Shown here one piece after another: positions 27,447-37,000 of a stretch of DNA of 64,000 nucleotides. Where the stretch lies: IMG/VR virus record IMGVR_UViG_3300028591_000150, positions 1 through 64,000 of that record; one strand, 5' to 3'. The position numbers and the translations under genes were made by a program. Each line of letters opens with the position of its first letter. The first letter of the stretch is position 1. Below the pieces are notes generated by a model. It saw nothing but the letters and a program-made list of their open reading frames with translations, searched no databases and was not told the origin of the DNA. Source of the stretch: a virus. Lineage: Duplodnaviria; Caudoviricetes.

Positions 27447-28946
27447 ATGGCACAGAAATTTTATCAGGACATGACCGCCGAGGAACAGACACGGTGGGTG
27501 AAGGAATTTGCAACTATCGTCGAAGAACATGGCGAGCAGATTACGCAGTTCGGTAAAGGGAAAGAGCAGATGACCGCAGAGGACCTTCCTTGGGTGAAAG
27601 GTCTTTTCGATATACTTTGCGCATTCCCGTTTGCACAGGACTTTTGCGAGAAGGCAATGCGATACGGCGACTTTTCGTCACGTGTAAGCCGTCTGTCAAT
27701 ATATGTGGATAAGGTAAAGGACACGCTTGCTGACGGACTGGTGATGACAGATACAAGCGGCAGGGCTGTGGCTTTTGTATCGCCATCTTCGCCATTACGA
27801 CGCCGTGGAAGACCAACCAAGGAAGAAGTCGCTGCAAGATTGCGCGGCGAAACATTGGTTCTGCCAGACAACTCGCCTGAGAACGAAAAGCGTCGCCGTA
27901 TCGCGAAGCTGCTCGGACTGGAAGTGGTGATAAATGGTGAAGCACCCCGCGAGAAGAATAATGCGGAATTGAAAGCAGAACGTGAAGAAAAACGCCGCAA
28001 GGAAGAAGCAATGAATCCGTCGCTTTTTACCGATGAAAAGCATGATAACGAAGTCATTAAGGAATCCCAGGATAAAGAAGCTCCCGCATTACAACAGTCG
28101 CCAACGATGTCAATGGGCGACATCTATCAGGACCGCATCGAGAATGACCGTATGCACCTGAGCGATATCGCATGGTTGTGCTCGAAAGAGTTGCAGAATA
28201 GAATCGCATTGGTGCGTAATCAGCGTACAGCATTCGGTGATGCAGCACAAACGGCCAAGGTGCTTGCAGAACGTGGAGGAGCCCAGGAAGAGATTGCGGC
28301 CTACGCCAAGCAAGCCGAAGAAGCACGCGAAGCTTACGAGAGCACCTACAAGGCAGTAGATAACGAACTGGCAGTCCTGCACAAACGGCTCATGATTGAT
28401 ATCCCATACACAGGTAAATTCAAGAACAAATTCAAAGGTGTAGATGTTGAAAAGGTTTTGCACATCACACGTCCTTACTATGAAAAAATCCGTAAGGAAG
28501 ACCCGACAATCGACGAGCGAATTAAAACGCTCATCGAGCAGGACAGTCCTGAATATGCCGCAAAAATGAAGGCCGACGAAGAAAAGAAGCAGGAAGTTAC
28601 CGAACTGCTCCGCTATCTGAAACGTAAGGACAAGCCAAACGTGAAGCAACGCATTGAAACAATGGAAAAGCGCTATGCCAGATTGGTTGAACTTCTTGGA
28701 GAAGAAGCAAAGGTGTATCGCCCCATTGTTGATGCCGCCATTCAGGACTACGATAAGAACTACAAGAAACTCGACGTAGAACCAACAGATACGGCTAACA
28801 AGAAACTTGAAAAGGTTGCCGCAACAGGCAATGCCGCTGCTATGGAAAAGAAACCGGCAAAGCAAGAAAACAAGAAAGCAACAAATCAAGTAAGCAAGAA
28901 ACCTGCGAAGCAACAAATCCAAAAGACAAGAAAGGAGAATAAATAA
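27447..28946 (+). CDS. Helical coiled-coil protein with AT-hook-like RRRGRP
   Basis: Start MAQKFY at 27447; Lys-rich tail. Confidence 0.75.
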   Translation: MAQKFYQDMTAEEQTRWVKEFATIVEEHGEQITQFGKGKEQMTAEDLPWVKGLFDILCAFPFAQDFCEKAMRYGDFSSRVSRLSIYVDKVKDTLADGLVMTDTSGRAVAFVSPSSPLRRRGRPTKEEVAARLRGETLVLPDNSPENEKRRRIAKLLGLEVVINGEAPREKNNAELKAEREEKRRKEEAMNPSLFTDEKHDNEVIKESQDKEAPALQQSPTMSMGDIYQDRIENDRMHLSDIAWLCSKELQNRIALVRNQRTAFGDAAQTAKVLAERGGAQEEIAAYAKQAEEAREAYESTYKAVDNELAVLHKRLMIDIPYTGKFKNKFKGVDVEKVLHITRPYYEKIRKEDPTIDERIKTLIEQDSPEYAAKMKADEEKKQEVTELLRYLKRKDKPNVKQRIETMEKRYARLVELLGEEAKVYRPIVDAAIQDYDKNYKKLDVEPTDTANKKLEKVAATGNAAAMEKKPAKQENKKATNQVSKKPAKQQIQKTRKENK

Positions 28947-29737
28947 TGAGCCAACCGTCGGATAGGTACATCCAAAAAGTCGTTGACTGGACATACGGAA
29001 GGATTAACCTTGCGCGAATAAACATGTCATTGCCAGGCCAGTTCAGGGCTCGGCTTGCCTTGGAGTGCTATATGCTGTGGCAGCAGAACAAGACGAGCAA
29101 CGTGCGGCGCATGGTGAAGAGCATAGCGGCACGCGACTATCAGACGCTGATGGCCAATGCCGAACTCGGCAACGAGGAAGCACAGGCGATGGTGGCCGCT
29201 CTAGGCATACGGCGGGACGATAATGGCGTGGTCAATTTCAGGAAGGAAACGGAAATCGCTAACGACATCTATGTCGTCAACCAGCTTGTAGGCCGTCTGG
29301 CTGTATCGAAAAACAACATCCAGCGGGCGATGTACGAGGACAACATCGAGTGGCTGATTCAGTTCGGCAGAAAAACGGGCAATGTGACTGCGATGCGAGA
29401 GGCGCAGCGAAACTTGGAGAAGATAAACAACGACTTCAAGGACGAAACAAATCCCGCAGACGTTTTGAAGCCAGGCGCAGAGCGCAACATCGTTGGCGAC
29501 ATCAGTATCATCAAGAGCAACCGCAAGAACTACACAGAAGAAGAGATGAAAGACTTCGCCAAGAAAGTCGGCGCCAAGCTGGAGGATGTGCAGGAGTTCA
29601 TCGAAGGAGAAGACGGTGTGTTCGTGGCTGCAGATTCTGATGAAGAAGAGGAAGTCCCCGCCGCCGTGCCTGTCGCATCTCCGGCTGGTCCCACTCCCAC
29701 CGACGAGCCAGATACTTACGACCCATTTAATGTATGA
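28946..29737 (+). CDS. Putative terminase small subunit
   Basis: Helical 263-aa protein with acidic tail, upstream of TerL in the same unit. Confidence 0.45.
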   Translation: MSQPSDRYIQKVVDWTYGRINLARINMSLPGQFRARLALECYMLWQQNKTSNVRRMVKSIAARDYQTLMANAELGNEEAQAMVAALGIRRDDNGVVNFRKETEIANDIYVVNQLVGRLAVSKNNIQRAMYEDNIEWLIQFGRKTGNVTAMREAQRNLEKINNDFKDETNPADVLKPGAERNIVGDISIIKSNRKNYTEEEMKDFAKKVGAKLEDVQEFIEGEDGVFVAADSDEEEEVPAAVPVASPAGPTPTDEPDTYDPFNV

Positions 29738-29882
29738 ACAGATGTATATAGTAAAGAAGAAAGACCCTTGGGGAAACTTTGTGGATATGTTTCACGCCCA
29801 CCACGGCTATATAGCTTTCAACTTCTACAAGTTATTAGAAAAACGCGAAGGGAAAAACAATGTAATAATCGTTCAAAAATGA
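29730..29882 (+). CDS. Small hypothetical protein
   Basis: 50-aa ORF overlapping previous stop. Confidence 0.35.
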   Translation: MYEQMYIVKKKDPWGNFVDMFHAHHGYIAFNFYKLLEKREGKNNVIIVQK

Positions 29883-29927
29883 AACATGCAAATACCCTGT
29901 TGCAGCAGACAGTTGGATGATTTTAAC

Positions 29928-29952
29928 CACGAATTACACGAATTACACGAAT
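29928..29952 (+). repeat. 9-bp tandem repeat (CACGAATTA)x~3
   Basis: Directly abuts the MTase start codon. Confidence 0.8.
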
Positions 29953-30607
29953 GGCAAAGGATTGGAAAGGAAACGGCAATAGCATCTATAAGACGCTGGG
30001 CGCATCGAACCATACGAACGAAGAGCGAGAGGTGGATGATTTCTACGCTACTTCGCCAAAAGCCATTGATATTCTTGTTGGCTATCCGCACATTTCTTTG
30101 CCAAAGTACATCTGGGAACCTTCGTGCGGCAGCGGTTGCCTGTCGAAAAGACTGGAGCAGAAAGGTCATGTCGTGACATCTACTGACCTTATTGACCGTG
30201 GCTACGGACAGGGGGGGGTAAACTTCTTCGAGCAGTCAAAAATGCCAGACGGCTGTACTGCTATCGTAACAAATCCACCTTACAAATACGCTACAGAATA
30301 CGTTCTGCACGCTCTCAGGCTGCTGTCAGAAGGCGGTATTCTATGCCTATTCCTGAAAACGACATTCGCAGAGGGAAAGGAACGCTACTACAAAATCTTC
30401 GGTCCTCAACGGCCACAGTTCGTTCTTCAATGCTCAGAGCGCATACTATGTGCCAAGAATGCCGATTTCGACTACATGCAAGCTCATGGCGGCTCAGCGG
30501 TAAGCTATGCCTGGTGGATATGGCGCAAGGGCTACAAGGGTGCCACAACACTCGACTGGATTAACCACTCGAATACAGAATATGTGGAACAGTTGTTGCT
30601 CTTCTGA
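29951..30607 (+). CDS. DNA adenine methyltransferase
   Basis: DDFYATS, motif I WEPSCGSG, motif IV TNPPY; G8 tract at 30211-30218 in frame. Confidence 0.85.
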   Translation: MAKDWKGNGNSIYKTLGASNHTNEEREVDDFYATSPKAIDILVGYPHISLPKYIWEPSCGSGCLSKRLEQKGHVVTSTDLIDRGYGQGGVNFFEQSKMPDGCTAIVTNPPYKYATEYVLHALRLLSEGGILCLFLKTTFAEGKERYYKIFGPQRPQFVLQCSERILCAKNADFDYMQAHGGSAVSYAWWIWRKGYKGATTLDWINHSNTEYVEQLLLF

Positions 30608-30648
30608 TTTTCGCTTCAATTTAAAACTACAAAATAAAAATAAGCTTT

Positions 30649-30912
30649 ATGACACCACAACAACGCAAAGCCATCGAGATACTGAATGGCATTAGAAACA
30701 ATTTAGGCGAGAATTATGAACCTGTAATCAACGAAGACGATTATTTCTTTCTGCTGTCGTTCATCATTGACAAGCCGCAGGAGATAAGTGTACCGACACC
30801 GTATTATCCAGTTATTCAGCCGTGGCAACCACCAACGATTCAGCCATACTATTATCAGCGATGGGAAGTTACTTGTAAAATTGATGACAATTTTCAAAAA
30901 TCTGAAGTGTAA
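30649..30912 (+). CDS. Hypothetical protein
   Basis: 87 aa, Pro/Tyr-rich C-terminus. Confidence 0.6.
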   Translation: MTPQQRKAIEILNGIRNNLGENYEPVINEDDYFFLLSFIIDKPQEISVPTPYYPVIQPWQPPTIQPYYYQRWEVTCKIDDNFQKSEV

Positions 30913-31090
30913 ACTCGGCTTTCACGAGCCTATACGATATCATCAGACGTTCAAGCTCAAATGCCGCACCACGAACAAAGGACGCAGCAAAAAGCGATGG
31001 ATGACTTTGGCAAGAGAAATCGTCAATATAACTTACTGCGGAAGATGCGGGAAGACACTTGAAACGAAACGACGCTGGCGGTGGAGATAA
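30884..31090 (+). CDS. Small Zn-ribbon-like protein
   Basis: CKLGFH...CGRCG; start MTIFK at 30884. Confidence 0.5.
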   Translation: MTIFKNLKCKLGFHEPIRYHQTFKLKCRTTNKGRSKKRWMTLAREIVNITYCGRCGKTLETKRRWRWR

Positions 31091-31115
31091 TTGTTTTATA
31101 GATTATTATAATAAT

Positions 31116-31457
31116 ATGGCAAAGCGAAAGAAAAAACGTTACTGGGACGATTGGGACGACGAACCCAACGTGGATGGCGGACTTCCTGAGCCGGATGTGG
31201 AAAATATTAGCCTGCGCGACTTTATTGTTCCACAAAAAGTCTCGGCCTTTGTACACGAATATGAACATTGCAACGAGGGCGATCCTGGCTATGAACAGTT
31301 CGATGACGGACGCCTGCGAGAGGTGTTCAAGGCTTATGTGTGTGCTCTTGGCGACCCGCTAAAGTTATATCTCGATGACCTCATGATGGCAGGCTTCATA
31401 ATGAACATCAGTATGGCGACAGGAGAACCGTGTATCTTCGCAAGACGAAAAAATTGA
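31116..31457 (+). CDS. Hypothetical protein
   Basis: Start MAKRKK after AT-rich leader; precedes TerL. Confidence 0.65.
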   Translation: MAKRKKKRYWDDWDDEPNVDGGLPEPDVENISLRDFIVPQKVSAFVHEYEHCNEGDPGYEQFDDGRLREVFKAYVCALGDPLKLYLDDLMMAGFIMNISMATGEPCIFARRKN

Positions 31458-31469
31458 ACATTTAACAAT

Positions 31470-33470
31470 ATGGCAGACAGCGTAGATATCTACATGAACC
31501 GACCGCAAAGGATGAACCACATCATCAAGGCGCACGATGTCAGAGGTGTAGCCTCTCGTCGTGTCGGTAAGACGGAAAGCATTGGAGATCGCGTGTTTCA
31601 GGTCGCTAAAAGTATGCCGCAAGGCTTGGGAGCATGGGGAGGCATCAGCAGAGCACAGTTGTACTGCAAACTGATTCCTGGCGCTTTGAGTGCAATGAGC
31701 CGTTTCTACGGTCTGACAGAGGGTACGCACTATGGCGCAGGCAAACCGCCGTCGTGGGTACCGAAACCTATTGCAAACATGCGCAACTACTCCGACTCCA
31801 TTTGGTTTGCTAATGGGTTTATATGGCAAATGATCAGCATGGCGCAGGTGGCCAGCGCCAACTCCTACACTTTCAACCACGGTCTCTTCGACGAGTGTCG
31901 TTTCGCCAAGAAACAGAAAATATACGAGGAACTGATGCCAGCAATCAGCGGACAGACACATCCGTTCGGCGACAAGGCATTCAGCCGTGAGAACCCCTTC
32001 TACTGCGGCACCTACTTTGTAAGCGATGCTGCACTGACGTTGAAGCAGTCGTGGCTGGAGCAGGAAGAGGACAAGTTGGAGGAACATCCGCAGATTGGTC
32101 CGTTCACGGATATGACATATAGACAGATACAGGACGAATTGGAGGAGTTCGCAAAAAAAGTCATTAAGTACAACGACCTTATCTACTATGCGAAGAAGGA
32201 AGGCAGGAGAATTATAGAGGTAACGCCTGAGAAGAAGCGCTCGATTAAGGCGCTCTACGATGCGATTGAAAAGCGCGAAGGCGGTTTCAAGATTATCCCC
32301 AAACATCAACACGCCGACTCGAAGGGTACATTGCAGATGCTTGTATCATATAAGTTGGTGACAGAGGAAGATGCCGAACTGCTCTATTCCCACTCATACC
32401 TTATCACCAAGGATGACCAGTTTGAGATGATGAAGCTGAACATCCCGAACAACACCTACCTGAAACGCATTCAGCAGTTGCGTTCATGGGCATTCTACTG
32501 TTGGAGGGCATCGACGCTTGACAATGCCGATGTCGTAGGCTTCGAGTACATCGCACAGATGAAGCGTGACCTGTCACCTGGTTTGTTCTCCGTGTCTATC
32601 CTTAATGAGAAGAAAACCAAGGCCAACGAAGGTTTCTATACCAACCTCGACATAGAAAACGTACATGGCTACATTCCCGATGACGCGCCCTGCATAGACA
32701 AGAGCATACATATTGCCAGCAGCGAGTATGTGAAAAGCGGCATGAAGTACAAAGAAGACTACGAAACCTACGACTTCACAAGGCTCGGGAAGGTGGACGA
32801 TTGCACTCAGGATGGCGACGTGATAGATGCGCTGCCGCTGCACATTGCCTTTGACTACAATGCCAATATCACGACCGTAGTGACAGGTCAGGTGCAGCGG
32901 CGCGACGGTGTGGAATGTCTGTGTGTGCTTGGCTCCATGTACGCCCTCTATGAGCGTAAGATACACGCACTCGTAGAGGACTGGAACCGCTATTATGCGC
33001 CGCACAGGGGCAAAAACCGCACCGTATATTATTACTACGACTCAACGGCCAAGTTCCGTGGCTATGCCATCGAGAAGAGCGATGACTTCAAGGACACAAT
33101 CATCAAGGACCTGCGTCGCTACGGTTGGGATGTCGTTGGTATAGACATGGGAACGCCTATGCTGCATCACGACAAATGGCGAATCATCAACGAAGCACTC
33201 GGCGGCTTCTCATCTCCTGCTATCCGCATCAACCAGGTGAACAACGAGGAACTCATCATCGCCATGCAGATGACTGAAATTCGCGAGCGCTACAACGGTA
33301 CACAGAAGACCATCAGCAAGGACAAATCCGGCGAGAAACGGGCTGACACAGAAGATGGCGTGCCACTTCAGAACCGCACTGACATCACAGATGCTTTTGA
33401 CTCGCTTTTCATCGGTGTGAAGATGTTCAGGTTCAGGACAAGTCTGCTGATGATGCCTAACGGGAAGTGA
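31470..33470 (+). CDS. terL: Terminase large subunit
   Basis: Walker A RRVGKT, Walker B FDEC, nuclease IAFDYN and DITDAFD. Confidence 0.9.
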   Translation: MADSVDIYMNRPQRMNHIIKAHDVRGVASRRVGKTESIGDRVFQVAKSMPQGLGAWGGISRAQLYCKLIPGALSAMSRFYGLTEGTHYGAGKPPSWVPKPIANMRNYSDSIWFANGFIWQMISMAQVASANSYTFNHGLFDECRFAKKQKIYEELMPAISGQTHPFGDKAFSRENPFYCGTYFVSDAALTLKQSWLEQEEDKLEEHPQIGPFTDMTYRQIQDELEEFAKKVIKYNDLIYYAKKEGRRIIEVTPEKKRSIKALYDAIEKREGGFKIIPKHQHADSKGTLQMLVSYKLVTEEDAELLYSHSYLITKDDQFEMMKLNIPNNTYLKRIQQLRSWAFYCWRASTLDNADVVGFEYIAQMKRDLSPGLFSVSILNEKKTKANEGFYTNLDIENVHGYIPDDAPCIDKSIHIASSEYVKSGMKYKEDYETYDFTRLGKVDDCTQDGDVIDALPLHIAFDYNANITTVVTGQVQRRDGVECLCVLGSMYALYERKIHALVEDWNRYYAPHRGKNRTVYYYYDSTAKFRGYAIEKSDDFKDTIIKDLRRYGWDVVGIDMGTPMLHHDKWRIINEALGGFSSPAIRINQVNNEELIIAMQMTEIRERYNGTQKTISKDKSGEKRADTEDGVPLQNRTDITDAFDSLFIGVKMFRFRTSLLMMPNGK

Positions 33471-33479
33471 TTGGTTCCT

Positions 33480-33986
33480 CTACGTATTCGGCAACTCGTA
33501 CTTGCTCCAGTCGATGTTGTCCTTCTGCTGCCATCCTTCGCCAAGGCATTGCTGGATGAAGGCGACGGCAGAGAGGTAGAAGCCAGTCAGCTCTTCTGTC
33601 GTGGTGAACTCGTGGTACACGGGCTGTCCGTCCGCGTCCTCCCCGAGCTTGAACGTCACGGGAAGGCTCAGGCCGTTTGTCATAAGCGCCACGCGCTGCG
33701 CCTCCGAGAAGTTGCGCTGGTTCTCGGAGGACAGCCACACGTTGATGCCGTTCCACACGAAGCCCGACAGAATGCGCTCGTCTGTCTTGGCGTTGATGTA
33801 GTCCAGGACAGCCTTCTTTATCTCTGAGAAGTCAAGATTTGGTTCATGATGGTTCAATACCACTTCGTCGCATTCCCATCCGTTTTCCGTTTCTTCAATG
33901 TCGAATCGCAAGGCGGTTGTGACTAAGCCAACCGAAATGACCTCTTCTATAATAGGAGGCTTTTCTGTATAAATCACTCTTTCCAT
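33480..33986 (-). CDS. DUF4376-like tail-fibre-associated protein
   Basis: ILSGFVWNG..VWLSSENQRNF; follows tail fibre gene. Confidence 0.7.
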   Translation of the reverse strand: MERVIYTEKPPIIEEVISVGLVTTALRFDIEETENGWECDEVVLNHHEPNLDFSEIKKAVLDYINAKTDERILSGFVWNGINVWLSSENQRNFSEAQRVALMTNGLSLPVTFKLGEDADGQPVYHEFTTTEELTGFYLSAVAFIQQCLGEGWQQKDNIDWSKYELPNT

Positions 33987-34019
33987 TTGAATAACCAGTT
34001 GGGGGTTTAAAATTGTACT

Positions 34020-37000
34020 TTACGGAACGAATCTGAATGTTGTAAAAGGCCGCACTATGTAATTGTAATTCTTTACTGTGCCGTTTACTAAGGCATTTCC
34101 AAAATTCACGTAGCACCCATAAGTGCTATGAAACTCTGTAGAACACCAATATACAGAATTGGCACTGACGGCACTTAACCAATGATGTCCGCTTGAAACA
34201 TAAGGATAAACTACATCACGACCACGCGCAATAGCGTTTGCGAACAATGGCAGTTGCGCTTCCAATTCTATATTCTCATTGGCATAGTTCTCCGATACTG
34301 CACCATAATTCGTGTTATATCCGCTTTTGCTGTTACCAAAAAAGTTGTACACTCTTGCCATTATTCCGGTTGAAGGAAGCATCCAATTTCCGCGTTTATA
34401 GTTTTCGTGCAATTTGCTTTCGTCAATCATGGCGCCATCAATGTCGGCAGGACACCATACATTGCATCTTCTTGCGGCCATGAACATAAACAGTCTGTAC
34501 CTGGCAGGTCTGGTGGCATTATATGGAGGTTCGCTTGCCTTCTGTACAACAAGGTCTGCAATTCCGCGAAGTCCTTGTGTGGTAAGAGGTATGCCTTCGC
34601 TGTCACAGCCGCCGCTCAAACGTATGTCATTATAGTCCTCTTGTGAAATTCCAAGATATTGGAATATGGCTTTCAACATGGCGTTGGCGTATGATATGAG
34701 CACCGCATTTTCTTCCTTCATGTCGAAATTATTGATCTCGGCGTTTGCCGAAGCTGCATAGCCGTCTGCCCCGTTCACATCCTGCATGGCATAGCCGCTT
34801 CCTGCCGCAGACACAGCAGCGGCATCCTTTCTGATAACAATGTACCCCCCCCAATTTCTTAGTGGTGTATCAAATATCTCTGTCTTGAAGTTGTTGCTTA
34901 TAGCATACGCAACATCACTTGGTTTGGTCCATGACTGAAGTGCCTGGCGAATCGCTTCAAGAAGGCTGTCGTTGTAAGCTCCGTTTGTTTTTGCGCTGGA
35001 AAATCCTCCAGTTTGAGCACTGTCTGCAAATAATCCCCAAGTATCTTCGTAGCCAGTAGCTACAAGACTTGTCGGGAACGTGGTGTCGGCAGAAGAGATA
35101 ATGTCCAAATCATATACAGTGCTCCCATCAACTTCCACTGCAGTCTTGCGGATTACCAATCCTGCAAGCTTCTTAGAAACGTCATTCTGATTGTCAAATT
35201 CTCCGTCAGTCCACGCAAAGTCGCCTACTTCAGGGATGCGCCTCCATAAGCCAACCTTACTAACTACACTTACAGTGCTGTTATCAAGATTTGTTATAGT
35301 CACCCTGACATTTATCGACGGCCTGGATCCACTTGGGATAACACTGAGTATCGAAATCACAGGGCTGTACATGTTGGTGAACTCTGCATACGAAGATGTG
35401 GTAGCCACCCATTCGCCGTCCTGGAGTTCCACCAGTTCCCATTTTACATTCGGCACCACTTTGCCACTGGCATCCGTCGTCACTCCGACATCGTTCCCGT
35501 TTCCACTCACGGAAACAGAAAGGCCATTGTAGTTCATGTTTTCATCAAGGTCGTAAGTCGGGCTGCTCGGATTGGTGTTGATGTACTTCTTACCCTCGAT
35601 ATTGACGCTTCCGCTATCAATGTTATAGGTTCTGAAACTGATATACAAACCGTTTTGCTCGGAACGTATATCGCCGAAATGGTCAATGAGGCGTTTTACA
35701 TCCTCAAACGTGATGACATTCGCTATGCCGCTGTCAACGTAAATATCCGGAACAACACTCACTTCTCCCGTGTGGTCGTGCCCAACCAATTCGCATACGG
35801 CATTGTCTGCCAAATCCAAAAGCCAGCGTATCGCACTTGCCTGCACGGGATTTGAAGCGGGCCACTTGATATGGGCAAGACGCAGCAGACTGAGTTGCGC
35901 ACCGGCCTCCCTTGTGCTTAACACGATATTCTCCATGACACTTCCGCCGACCAGAGGGCTTCCCGTAATGACAAGCTGCGTCAATGCCGCATATCCCTGC
36001 ATGGTGAGCGACGACAAATTGGCCTGCGCAGTCAATGACAATGCAGTGAGCGAAGCAGGCAGTTTCAAGGTCTGCAGAGTGGAAGTCTCGGGCACCCTTA
36101 CCTGCGATATGCCCGTGTCACGGAGGTCAATGCTCTCGCACACGGTCAAGGCAGAAAGGTTGAGTGTACCGGTTCCGATGACAGCACCCTTTACGTTGAA
36201 CTCCTTCAGACGGGTTGCCGTGCCGATGATGATGTTGTTCACTCGGAAAGCAGGAAGTTGCTGGTCTGTATAGAACAGCGTAGGCTCGCAGACGAACTTC
36301 GTCAGCCTGCGTCCGTTGAGTGTGAAGTTCGCCTGTCCGTTGTTGGCCACCATGTCGCCGACATTGCCGATTTCCCGATAATAGTTTAAGCCAAGAATCG
36401 TACAGCCTTGGTCACTCGTCTCTCCGACAGATATATCAAGAGGGAAATATCCATTCGGCATGTTAGTGGCGCCTGGGGCGACACGCACATGGGGGTCTTC
36501 GAGGTTGTTCGTCTGTCTGCTACCAGTCGGATAAATCCACTGGTGCGGCACAAGGTGGAACACGTAGGTCGAAGGCGACGAGCTGCCTGGCAGGGGATAT
36601 GGTGTCATGCCGAATCCTTCCGATGCGCCTTCAAGACCAGTCAGGCTGCCGCCTCTCAATCCGACTGCAGTGAACTCTCCGAATGCGGCATACGAAGCCA
36701 TATAGACAAGTCTGCGCTTCATGAACTGCATTTCCGATTGGAGTTGGTCGCCAAGGCTCTGCTTGATTGGGCGGACTCGTCTTACGTCCGACAAGAAGCC
36801 GATAAGCTCTGGAAGCTCATAACGTATTCTCGCGGCTTCGTTGTAAACCGTCTCTGGGAAGTACCTCTGAATGTCGAAGAGGTATCTGTTGAGCGAACGC
36901 CAGACACCATTCAAGGCATTCGACTCTTCCGAACCGACACCGCCCGTGAGCGAAGCCATCGTTGAGAGTATAGTTCTCATCATGGACTGCAATTCTCCGG

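Noticed and set aside
29928-29952. Short repeats as CRISPR array
   Set aside because: 7-9 bp tandem units without spacers; no cas genes
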